A stretch of DNA of 64,000 nt from Thermodesulfovibrionales bacterium (lineage in GTDB: Bacteria > Nitrospirota > Thermodesulfovibrionia > Thermodesulfovibrionales > SM23-35): positions 693-64,692 of the forward strand of contig JASEEX010000006.1 of NCBI GenBank assembly GCA_030019415.1, written 5' to 3'. Made by a program: the position numbers and the translations under genes. The notes under the pieces were generated by a model that saw only the letters and a list, made by a program, of their open reading frames with translations, made no database searches and was not told the DNA's origin. This document shows, one piece after another, positions 1 to 7,956 of the stretch (position 1 is its first letter; every line of letters begins with the position of its first letter).

Positions 1-123
1 GGGAAGAGTTTTTGGAAAGATATTGTGGTGGGATAGAACCAAAATAAAGAAAAACAAAAATGGATAAAAGCTCTGAGATTAAAAACCTAAGAGTTTTTAT
101 CAACAAAACAGGAGGTTGAAATA

Positions 124-321
124 ATGAGAAAAATCTATGTTGGGAACATTCCATTTAATGCAACAGAACAAGATATCAAGGATCTCTTCTCAGGGTATGG
201 TAAACCATTTATGGGGAAAACACTTACTGTATCTGAAGCAAGACCTCAACAGCCAAGGCATGGCTTTCAGGAGAGAAGGGGTGGCTTTGGTGGAGGCATG
301 GAGAGGAGAGGCTGGAGATAG
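124..321 (+). CDS. RRM-fold RNA-binding protein paralog with internal deletion (RNP2 kept, RNP1 lost)
   Basis: GGAGG upstream of ATG. IYVGNIPFNATEQDIKDLF and GKTLTVSEARP align with the intact RRM protein at 1053..1343, but about 33 aa including the RGFGFVEM (RNP1) block are missing. Gly/Arg-rich tail. Confidence 0.55.
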   Translation: MRKIYVGNIPFNATEQDIKDLFSGYGKPFMGKTLTVSEARPQQPRHGFQERRGGFGGGMERRGWR

Positions 322-326
322 CTGTT

Positions 327-527
327 GTGGAGATTAAAGTCAATGAGAATAACATTGAAAGAGCATTGAAAACCCTCAAGCGTGAACTCCAGAAAGATGG
401 TCTTTTTAGAGAAATCAAAAGGAGAAGTTTTTATGAAAAGCCTTCTGAAAAGAAGAAACGGAAACAAAGAGATGCAAGAAAGAAAAGAATGAAGGCTCTG
501 AGATTTAGAAACGTATCTAACGTTTAG
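327..527 (+). CDS. rpsU: 30S ribosomal protein S21
   Basis: GTG start. EIKVNENNIERALKTLKRELQKDGLFREIKRRSFYEKPSEKKKRK matches the S21 family pattern. Basic tail. Confidence 0.85.
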   Translation: MEIKVNENNIERALKTLKRELQKDGLFREIKRRSFYEKPSEKKKRKQRDARKKRMKALRFRNVSNV

Positions 528-612
528 ATAAACCTACAGATTGTTGTGAAGAAACTTTTTAAAATTTTGGGTCTGTAAAAAAAAATACCCCCGAATGCTT
601 ATGGAGGTGGAT

Positions 613-843
613 ATGAAAGCACTTCTTGAACTAATGGCGAAGTCTCTGGTAGATAAGCCGGAGGAGGTTGCAGTGGCCGAGGTAGAGGGAGAAAGAACCG
701 CTATTTTTGAATTGCGTGTTGCTACAAGTGATATTGGGAAGGTTATCGGAAAGCAGGGAAATACAGCGCGAGCAATGAGAACAATACTGAGTGCTGTTGG
801 TACTAAGCTCGGCAAGCGTTGTGTTCTTGAAATATTGGATTAA
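613..843 (+). CDS. KH-domain RNA-binding protein (UPF0109/YlqC-KhpA type)
   Basis: [19 protein letters not shown]...[18 protein letters not shown] contains the GXXG KH motif. GGAGGTG SD precedes the ATG at 613; the track ORF starts at 595. Confidence 0.8.
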   Translation: MKALLELMAKSLVDKPEEVAVAEVEGERTAIFELRVATSDIGKVIGKQGNTARAMRTILSAVGTKLGKRCVLEILD

Positions 844-1052
844 ACTGAATAATACCCAAAAACTAAATTATAAATGAGAAAGGCTGGTCTTTTCAGTTTG
901 TTCTTATATAAGTAACTTAGACTTAAAAGCATAGAGGTAAAACCAATATGTTTTATTTTCAGTCTTATACCAGCTACTATTTGGACAGTAATAGGTAATT
1001 TTAAGGTAGGTGAAATTCTGATATAAATATTCAGGATAAAGAGGAGGTTAGA

Positions 1053-1343
1053 ATGAATATCTACGTAGGCAATCTGTCACGCGAGGTTACCGAAGATGAT
1101 TTGAGGAAGGCTTTTGAAGCCTTCGGGCAGGTTACATCTGTCACTATTATTAAGGACAGGTTCAGTGGTGAATCAAGAGGATTTGGATTCGTTGAGATGC
1201 CAGCCAAAGCTGAAGCTCAGTCCGCGATCAGCGGTCTGAACGGCAAGGAGTTAAAGGGAAGAACACTTAATGTTAATGAAGCTCGCCCTCGCTCTGAAGG
1301 CCGTCGAGGTGGAGAAAGACGAGGTGGCGGGCGGCGTTTTTGA
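1053..1343 (+). CDS. RRM-type RNA-binding protein (glycine/arginine-rich tail)
   Basis: RNP2 IYVGNL and RNP1 RGFGFVEM. RGG-rich C-terminus. GAGGAGG SD. Confidence 0.9.
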   Translation: MNIYVGNLSREVTEDDLRKAFEAFGQVTSVTIIKDRFSGESRGFGFVEMPAKAEAQSAISGLNGKELKGRTLNVNEARPRSEGRRGGERRGGGRRF

Positions 1344-1458
1344 TAAAGAGGCTGAGGAGGGAGCAATCCCAAGCAAAATGAAGATTACTTCCTGAACTTA
1401 GCATTTTTTTAGCTCGTCACCGTAGAGCTTTGTCTAATTTATCCCTGTCTGTCATTGG

Positions 1459-2532
1459 TTATTTCACAATATATCCTTCAATCAAAATGTCTTCACCGAT
1501 GCGTCGTACCGCAATATCCCTCAGACAGTATGCCTCTTCAAGACTCCTATATGACTTTCCACCAACAGCAGGAAATGACTCTTTCCCACCAATAATCTTG
1601 GGTGCGATGAAGAACATCACCTTGTCAATAATTCCTTCTTCGAGGGCATGGGCATTCATTGAGGAGCCTGCCTCTATCAGAACTGATGTGATTTCCTTTT
1701 CCCCAAGCTTTTTCATAAGCCAGTTAAGGTCAAGCTTTTCTTTAAAGTAAATCATCTTTATGCCTGATTTTTCAAAATTATTTGTCTTTGAATTTTCAGC
1801 CTTTGTGACAATGATTGTCTCAGGTGGTACCTGAAGAACCTTTGAATTTAATGGTATTTCAAGATTAGGGTCAATGATAATCCTGCAGGGATTTCTGCCG
1901 CCTTTTATCCTTGCCGTGAGCTGAGGATCATCTGCCTTAACCGTCCCTATAGCAGTCATTACTGCATCAACACTGCTTCTCAGGTGGTGAACCATCTTTC
2001 TCGATTTTTCAGATGTTATCCATTTAGACTGCCCTTCAGGGGTGGCAATCTTCCCATCGAGGGTCATGGCAATCTTTAGTATCACAAAGGGTTTTCCTGT
2101 AGTCATGTACTTTATATATACCTCATTAAGTCTCTCTGCCTTGTTCTCGAGAATACCTGATCTGACTTTTATACCAGCCTTCTGAAGCTCTAAGATTCCT
2201 CTGCCCGAGACCTTTGGATTTGGGTCTGTCATACCAATAACTACTTCTTTTATACCCGCACTAATGATAGCCTCTGTGCAGGGAGGGGTTCTTTTCTCTG
2301 TATGGCAGCATGGCTCGAGATTTATATAAAGGGTGGAACCCCTGGCATTTTCTCCGGCCTTTTCTATAGCGAGGGCCTCAGCATGGGGAGTCCCAGGCCT
2401 TCTATGAAAATCCTCAGAGATAATTCTCCCCTTTTTAACAATTACAGCACCCACCATGGGGTTAGGGCTCGTCATACAGCGTGCCTTTGCTGCAAGCCTA
2501 AGGGCACGCTTTATATAAAGTTTGTCATCCAT
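1459..2532 (-). CDS. ribD: bifunctional riboflavin biosynthesis protein RibD (deaminase/reductase)
   Basis: Deaminase motifs HAEALA and PCCHTEKRTPPC, followed by a reductase domain. 357 aa. Confidence 0.9.
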   Translation of the reverse strand: MDDKLYIKRALRLAAKARCMTSPNPMVGAVIVKKGRIISEDFHRRPGTPHAEALAIEKAGENARGSTLYINLEPCCHTEKRTPPCTEAIISAGIKEVVIGMTDPNPKVSGRGILELQKAGIKVRSGILENKAERLNEVYIKYMTTGKPFVILKIAMTLDGKIATPEGQSKWITSEKSRKMVHHLRSSVDAVMTAIGTVKADDPQLTARIKGGRNPCRIIIDPNLEIPLNSKVLQVPPETIIVTKAENSKTNNFEKSGIKMIYFKEKLDLNWLMKKLGEKEITSVLIEAGSSMNAHALEEGIIDKVMFFIAPKIIGGKESFPAVGGKSYRSLEEAYCLRDIAVRRIGEDILIEGYIVK

Positions 2533-2589
2533 GAATAATAGAATACCATAATTTTTTTTTACTTCCCACTACTTACTTTTTTTGATATA

Positions 2590-3024
2590 ATGACTACCAT
2601 GAATCAGGTATGGATAGGATTAATAGTAGTTGCCGTTCTTGCGACGGCCGGTTTTCTCATTCCACTGCTCATAGAATTGAGGAAGACGGCCCGATCTCTG
2701 AGGGAGTTTTTGAAGACAACAGGGGAATCAGCTAAAGCATCACTGGAATCTACTAAAACAACACTGGAAGAACTACAGCAGACACTGAAGAGTCTCAGGA
2801 ATGTATCAGACGACATCAAAGATGTAGCGGGTGATATTAAGACATTCTCGGGTGCTGTAAAAGATGCCGGGCAGAATATAAGGCATGTTAGTAGCCTGTT
2901 AGAGGATGTGACATCCTCTGCCCTAATAAAGGCTTCAGGCCTTAGGGCCGGAATAAGAACAGCCCTTGGAGTTTTATTGAATAATCTTTTAAATAATCTC
3001 TTTAAGAAAGGAGGTAGACAATGA
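2590..3024 (+). CDS. DUF948-like membrane-anchored coiled-coil protein
   Basis: N-terminal TM helix followed by a repetitive helical region (RKTARSLREFLKTT...), typical of DUF948. Confidence 0.6.
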   Translation: MTTMNQVWIGLIVVAVLATAGFLIPLLIELRKTARSLREFLKTTGESAKASLESTKTTLEELQQTLKSLRNVSDDIKDVAGDIKTFSGAVKDAGQNIRHVSSLLEDVTSSALIKASGLRAGIRTALGVLLNNLLNNLFKKGGRQ

Positions 3025-3332
3025 GAGAGGAAGGTGGGTATAGTGCAGGCAGTATGTTTCTTTCCTTCCTGCTCGGAGGTATTGTGGGTGCAGCCCTTGC
3101 ATTGCTTTTGGCACCCCTGTCAGGCCGTGAGACAAGACAGAGGGTAAAAGAACTTGCTGAGGATGTGAAGGGTAAGGCAAAGGATTATGCCGAGGATGTA
3201 AAGGAAAAGGTTACATCCACTGTAGAAAAAGGTAAGGAGCTTTTCGAGGAGAAAAAATCCGTTATAGCAAAGGCTGTTGAGGCAGGTAAGGAGGCTTATG
3301 AGAAAGAGAAAGAGAGGCTGTCTAAGGAATAA
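3021..3332 (+). CDS. YtxH domain protein
   Basis: LLGGIVGAALALLLAPLSGRETRQRVKE is the YtxH signature. Lys/Glu-rich helical tail. Overlaps the previous stop by 4 nt. Confidence 0.65.
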   Translation: MREEGGYSAGSMFLSFLLGGIVGAALALLLAPLSGRETRQRVKELAEDVKGKAKDYAEDVKEKVTSTVEKGKELFEEKKSVIAKAVEAGKEAYEKEKERLSKE

Positions 3333-3677
3333 ATGCATGAGGTATCGATTGCCCTTAGCCTGCTCGAGATTGCAACAGGATACTGTAAGAGGGAAGGGTA
3401 TAAAGGTATAGAGTCGATAAAGGTTAAGATAGGAAAGGCCTCCGGTGTCCTGCCCCAGGCCCTCTTTTTTGCGTTCGATGCAGTGAAGGCCGGTACTATC
3501 GCAGAGAAGGCATGCCTGACTATAGAAGAAATACCCATCAGCGGTTTCTGCAACAGTTGCAGCAGTAATTTCAGTGTGGAAGAGGCATATATTTTATTTT
3601 GTCCAAGGTGTGGAGATACCTCATTCCGAGTAGAGACAGGACGGGAATTAGATATTTATGAGATGGAGGTATTCTGA
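3333..3677 (+). CDS. hypA: hydrogenase nickel insertion protein HypA
   Basis: MHEVSIA N-terminus and CxxC...CPxCG zinc site. 114 aa. Starts immediately after the ytxH stop. Confidence 0.85.
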   Translation: MHEVSIALSLLEIATGYCKREGYKGIESIKVKIGKASGVLPQALFFAFDAVKAGTIAEKACLTIEEIPISGFCNSCSSNFSVEEAYILFCPRCGDTSFRVETGRELDIYEMEVF

Positions 3678-3698
3678 TATGAGAGGAGGTTTAACGGG

Positions 3699-4343
3699 GT
3701 GAAGATTAAGGTTGTAACACGAATCATGGAGGCGAATGACAGAATTGCTGCCGAAAACAAGAAGTTTTTTAATGAGGCAGGTGTTTATGTTATCAACCTC
3801 ATGAGCGCCCCCGGAGCGGGCAAGACCTCCCTAATAGAGAGGACGATTAAAGAGTACCAGGGTAAACTGAGAGTAGGCGTTATAGAGGGTGATATTGCTG
3901 GTACAGAGGATGCCCAAAGGATAGGAGGCCTCGGTATCCCCGTCATTCAGATAAATACAGGTGGTGCATGCCACCTCGATGCTAATATGATTAACGAGGC
4001 AATTGTTGGTTTATACCTTAAAGACCTTGATCTCCTTATCATAGAGAATGTTGGAAATCTCGTCTGTCCTGCTGAGTTCAAGGTCGGTGAGGACATGAAG
4101 GTTATGCTTCTTAGTGTAACAGAAGGGGACGACAAGCCCCTCAAATATCCATTGATGTTCCAGGAATCGTCTGCATTGGTCTTGAATAAGATTGACCTTT
4201 TGCCTTATACAAATGTGGATATCGGAAAGATAAAGAAGAATTCATTATCCCTTAACCCAACTTTGAAGATATTTGAGGTTTCATGCAAGACAGGCGAAGG
4301 TATAGGCGAATGGGCGGAATGGTTACAGTCACTCGTAAGGTGA
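3699..4343 (+). CDS. hypB: hydrogenase nickel incorporation GTPase HypB
   Basis: P-loop APGAGKTS and the ENVGNLVCPA motif. GTG start with GAGGAGG SD. Confidence 0.9.
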   Translation: MKIKVVTRIMEANDRIAAENKKFFNEAGVYVINLMSAPGAGKTSLIERTIKEYQGKLRVGVIEGDIAGTEDAQRIGGLGIPVIQINTGGACHLDANMINEAIVGLYLKDLDLLIIENVGNLVCPAEFKVGEDMKVMLLSVTEGDDKPLKYPLMFQESSALVLNKIDLLPYTNVDIGKIKKNSLSLNPTLKIFEVSCKTGEGIGEWAEWLQSLVR

Positions 4344-4427
4344 AAATTAGCAATTATCAATGCAAAATTATCAATAAGTTTTAACTTGATAATTGTTAAT
4401 TGATAATTTTAACTTGCAATTAAACCT
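4344..4427. repeat. AT-rich imperfect palindrome in the hypB-hypF spacer
   Basis: Arms are built from TTATCAAT / ATTGATAA-type units around the centre AAGTT-TT-AACTT (about 4376-4387). Confidence 0.6.
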
Positions 4428-6836
4428 TTGAGCATGGGATCTCGCAAAACTGATTTATGGTTAATGAAACCCAGGGTGAAGATATTAGTCAGGGGAATTG
4501 TCCAGGGAGTTGGCTTCAGGCCCTTTGTTTATAGCCTCGCCAGAACTTTGAATCTCAAGGGCTTCGTGATGAACTCATCCAGGGGTGTTACTATCGAGAT
4601 AGAAGGTAACGATAGCTCCACCTTTATCGAGAGGCTTACCAGAGAGGCCCCACCTCTTTCACAGATAATGGAAGTTGATATAATTCCCATGCCCTATCAT
4701 GGTTATCAGGATTTTCAGATAGTCAGGAGTGAGGACGAAGGGAGTTTCACCCTCATTTCTCCAGATGTCTCGTTATGCGAAGACTGCTTGAGGGAGCTGC
4801 TGGATAAGAATGACAGACGTTACCTCTACCCATTTATAAACTGCACGAACTGCGGTCCAAGATATACAATAACAAGATCCATTCCTTATGATAGACCAAA
4901 CACCACCATGTCTGTTTTTCAGATGTGCCCTGAATGCGAGAAAGAATACCATAATCCAGAAGACAGGAGGTTCCATGCCCAGCCGAATGCATGCCCCATC
5001 TGTGGACCTCAGGTCCAGTTAAAAGTTAAAAGTGAAAAGTTAAAAGTTGATGAAAAAGAGAATCCACTAAGGGAAACAATAAGACTTCTAAAGCAAGGAT
5101 ATATTGTTGCCATAAAAGGGCTGGGGGGGTTCCATATAGCTTGCGATGCAACTAACGATGAGGCAGTAAAGACGTTGAGATTAAGGAAGAGAAGGAGTAA
5201 CAAACCCTTTGCCCTGATGGCTCCTGATGTTATAACAATAAAAAAGTTCTGTGAGGTATCTGAGGAAGAAGAGATGCTCTTAATTTCTAACAAAAGACCG
5301 ATTGTGCTACTTAAAAAGAGGCAAAACTCTCTTCCTGATGCAGTTGCACCGAATAACCCCTGCCTCGGCTTCATGCTTCCCTATACACCGCTGCATTACT
5401 TGCTTTTTTACTATCCGACCCCCCCTGTGCCCTCCCTTGCTAAGGGGGGGATTGGAGGGGTGAATTTCGATGCCCTTATCATGACGAGTGGCAACCTCTC
5501 GGAAGAGCCTATCGTCATAGACAATAATGAGGCTCTCTCTACGCTTTCAGGCATTGCTGATGCCTTTCTTATTCATAATAGAGATATTTTTATGCGGGTT
5601 GATGATTCAGTAGTAAGAGTCATCAGTCATCAGTCATCAGTCATCAGTCAAAAACTTTCAACTTTCAACTTCCAACTTTCAACTTTCTTCATTCGTCGTT
5701 CACGTGGATATGTCCCTGACCCCATTCCCCTTCATGAGGATGGCCCCGAGGTTCTCGGTTGTGGAGCTGATATTAAAAATACCTTCGCCCTTACAAAGGG
5801 AGGTTTTGCGATACCGAGTCAGCATATAGGTGATATGGAAAACTACGAGACATTAAACTTTTTTGAAGAGAGTTTAGAAAACCTGAAAGCTGTTTACAGG
5901 GTAAGTCCTGTGGCTCTTGCGTATGACCTTCACCCAGGGTATCTATCAACACAATGGGCATTGCGGCAGGAAGATATTGAAAAGGTAGGTATCCAGCACC
6001 ACTATGCCCATATTGCTTCTGTGATGGCTGAAAAGGGGATAAAGAGGAGGGTTATAGGTTTCTCCTTTGATGGAACCGGTTATGGCACTGATGGAAATCT
6101 CTGGGGTGGAGAAATTTTAATTGCCAATATAGAGGGGTTCGAAAGGGTGGGTCATTTTAGATATATTCCCCTTCCAGGGGGTGAAGTGGCAATTAAGGAA
6201 CCGTGGAGGACGGCCGTAAGTTATATCTGGAGTATGGCTCACGATAAGGCAATAGAGTATCTTGAGTCCATAGGCTTTCTTGAAAGATATGGTCATGAGA
6301 TGATAGGAAACATTTTGAGGGTTGTCGATAAAAAACAATTTTCACCCCTTTCATCAGGAGCAGGGAGGCTCTTCGATGCGGTCTCAACCATACTCGGGAT
6401 ATGTGACAAAAATACCTTTGAAGGAGAGGCAGCTATTGCACTTGAAGCCATAACGAGACCTGATGTAGTCGATGACTATCCTGTAGATATAAAATTCAGA
6501 GAGGCCATAGAGATTGATTTTTCCCAGACTCTTTTGAGGATTATAGAGGATTTAATAAAAGGAGAGGGTAAAGGTTTTATTGCATCTCTTTTCCATAACA
6601 CCGTAGCCACTGCTATTTTTAGAATTGCGCAGAAGCTCTCTTCCCTTTACATGATAAAAGAAGTTGTTCTAAGCGGAGGGGTATTTCAGAACATTTATCT
6701 CCTCGAAAGGACCATCGCAAGGCTTAAATCCATAGGAATGGAAGTCTATGTCAACGAAAAGGTTGCATGTAATGATGCCGGGATATCCCTCGGCCAGGCA
6801 TATATAATCAGGGAAAGGATAAAGGCAAGAAAATAA
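4428..6836 (+). CDS. hypF: carbamoyltransferase HypF
   Basis: Acylphosphatase domain (GIVQGVGFRPF), two CxxC zinc-finger pairs, YrdC-like (KGLGGFH) and Kae1-like domains. 802 aa. The start could instead be the ATG at 4434 or 4461. Confidence 0.95.
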   Translation: MSMGSRKTDLWLMKPRVKILVRGIVQGVGFRPFVYSLARTLNLKGFVMNSSRGVTIEIEGNDSSTFIERLTREAPPLSQIMEVDIIPMPYHGYQDFQIVRSEDEGSFTLISPDVSLCEDCLRELLDKNDRRYLYPFINCTNCGPRYTITRSIPYDRPNTTMSVFQMCPECEKEYHNPEDRRFHAQPNACPICGPQVQLKVKSEKLKVDEKENPLRETIRLLKQGYIVAIKGLGGFHIACDATNDEAVKTLRLRKRRSNKPFALMAPDVITIKKFCEVSEEEEMLLISNKRPIVLLKKRQNSLPDAVAPNNPCLGFMLPYTPLHYLLFYYPTPPVPSLAKGGIGGVNFDALIMTSGNLSEEPIVIDNNEALSTLSGIADAFLIHNRDIFMRVDDSVVRVISHQSSVISQKLSTFNFQLSTFFIRRSRGYVPDPIPLHEDGPEVLGCGADIKNTFALTKGGFAIPSQHIGDMENYETLNFFEESLENLKAVYRVSPVALAYDLHPGYLSTQWALRQEDIEKVGIQHHYAHIASVMAEKGIKRRVIGFSFDGTGYGTDGNLWGGEILIANIEGFERVGHFRYIPLPGGEVAIKEPWRTAVSYIWSMAHDKAIEYLESIGFLERYGHEMIGNILRVVDKKQFSPLSSGAGRLFDAVSTILGICDKNTFEGEAAIALEAITRPDVVDDYPVDIKFREAIEIDFSQTLLRIIEDLIKGEGKGFIASLFHNTVATAIFRIAQKLSSLYMIKEVVLSGGVFQNIYLLERTIARLKSIGMEVYVNEKVACNDAGISLGQAYIIRERIKARK
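5018..5052 (+). repeat. (GTTAAAA)-type heptamer tandem array inside hypF
   Basis: gttaaaa gttaaaa gtgaaaa gttaaaa gttgatg, translated as LKVKSEKLKVD. Confidence 0.7.
5419..5460 (+). repeat. G/C-run hairpin element in frame inside hypF
   Basis: CCCCCCCTGTG, then CCCTCCCTT-GCT-AAGGGGGGG (9-bp stem with one T.G pair), then ATTGGAGGGG. Encodes PPVPSLAKGGIGGV. Confidence 0.6.
5619..5688 (+). repeat. two abutting heptamer arrays inside hypF: (GTCATCA)x4.5 then (CTTTCAA)x5
   Basis: Read directly from the sequence. Translated as VISHQSSVISQKLSTFNFQLSTFF, between the conserved DDSVVR and RRSRGYVP blocks. Confidence 0.8.
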
Positions 6837-6872
6837 AGTTTAAAGTTAAAAGTTAAAAGTTAAAAGTTAAAC
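6837..6872 (+). repeat. (GTTAAAA)x4-5 heptamer array in the hypF-hypD spacer
   Basis: aagtttaaagttaaaagttaaaagttaaaagttaaa directly after the hypF stop. Same unit as at 5018. Confidence 0.8.
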
Positions 6873-6885
6873 GGATAAGGTACTT

Positions 6886-7956
6886 TTGATGAAGAACATA
6901 ATAAAAAAGATAAGTGATTTAATGGATTCCATCGGCAGACCTGTAAGGCTCATGGAGGTATGCGGGACGCATACTGTAGCAATATTCAGACATGGCATAA
7001 GGGAGATTCTCCCTGAAGGCATTATCTTCCTGAGTGGCCCAGGCTGCCCTGTGTGTGTTACCCCGATAAAAGATGTGGATACTGCTATTGCTATTTCGAA
7101 GATGAATGACTTTATCCTCGCTACCTTCGGAGATATGATGAGGGTGCCTGGAAGTAAGCAATCTCTTTATCATGCACAGGCAGAGGGTGCTGATATAAGG
7201 GTTGTCTATTCCTCAATGGATGCATTAAAACTTGCATCAGAAAATAAAGAGAGGAATATTGTATTCTTTGCAACAGGTTTTGAGACAACATCGCCATCTG
7301 TTGCTGGAACCCTCTTTGAGGCAGAAAGGATAGGGGTTGATAATTTTTATATATACTCCGCGCATAAGACAATTCCTCCAGCCATTAAGGCCCTCCTTGA
7401 TTCTGATGATGTTAGGGTAGAAGGTTTTATTCTCCCCGGACATGTGAGCACAATTATAGGGAGCAGACCCTATGAATTTATAGCATCTGATTATAGAGTG
7501 TCCTCGGTCATAACAGGTTTTGATGCAGAGGACATACTTCAGGCTATTATGATGCTCCTTGAACAGATTGCATCTGGCAAGCCAGCTGTGGAGATTCAAT
7601 ATAAGCGTGCAGTGAGAGAGGAGGGCAATCCGAAGGCCGTATCTCTCATGAATGAATACTTTGAGCCACGCAATGCGAACTGGAGGGGAATAGGGATGAT
7701 TCCCCGGAGCGGATTGAGATTGAGGGATAAGTTCGGACGCTGGGATGCCGAAAAGTTATTCCATATTGATATTCCAGATTCTAAGGAACCAAAATCCTGC
7801 ATCTGTGGCTCTGTCATAAGGGGAGCCAAGATACCGACAGATTGCCCCCTCTTTGGAAGGGCCTGCACTCCCGAAAGGCCTGTAGGTGCATGTATGGTTA
7901 GCACTGAAGGAAGCTGTGCAGCATATTATAAGTATTCAGGGGTATATCGTGGATAG
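6886..7956 (+). CDS. hypD: hydrogenase maturation protein HypD
   Basis: MEVCGTHT, GPGCPVCVTP and FETT motifs, and a C-terminal Cys cluster. 356 aa. Confidence 0.95.
   Translation: MMKNIIKKISDLMDSIGRPVRLMEVCGTHTVAIFRHGIREILPEGIIFLSGPGCPVCVTPIKDVDTAIAISKMNDFILATFGDMMRVPGSKQSLYHAQAEGADIRVVYSSMDALKLASENKERNIVFFATGFETTSPSVAGTLFEAERIGVDNFYIYSAHKTIPPAIKALLDSDDVRVEGFILPGHVSTIIGSRPYEFIASDYRVSSVITGFDAEDILQAIMMLLEQIASGKPAVEIQYKRAVREEGNPKAVSLMNEYFEPRNANWRGIGMIPRSGLRLRDKFGRWDAEKLFHIDIPDSKEPKSCICGSVIRGAKIPTDCPLFGRACTPERPVGACMVSTEGSCAAYYKYSGVYRG

Noticed and set aside
2533-2589. Possible FMN riboswitch upstream of ribD.
   Set aside because: The leader is only 57 nt, AT-rich and unstructured, far too short for an RFN element.
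6837-6885. Search for the missing hypC between hypF and hypD.
   Set aside because: The gap is only 49 nt and is filled by the GTTAAAA array. No ORF of about 70-90 codons with the MCLxxP start exists in any frame between 3.3 and 9.0 kb.
7886-7948. 21-codon N-terminal extension of hypE in the ORF track.
   Set aside because: It lies inside the hypD coding sequence. The GTG at 7949 gives the conserved ...ILLGHGSGG HypE start and a typical stop/start overlap.
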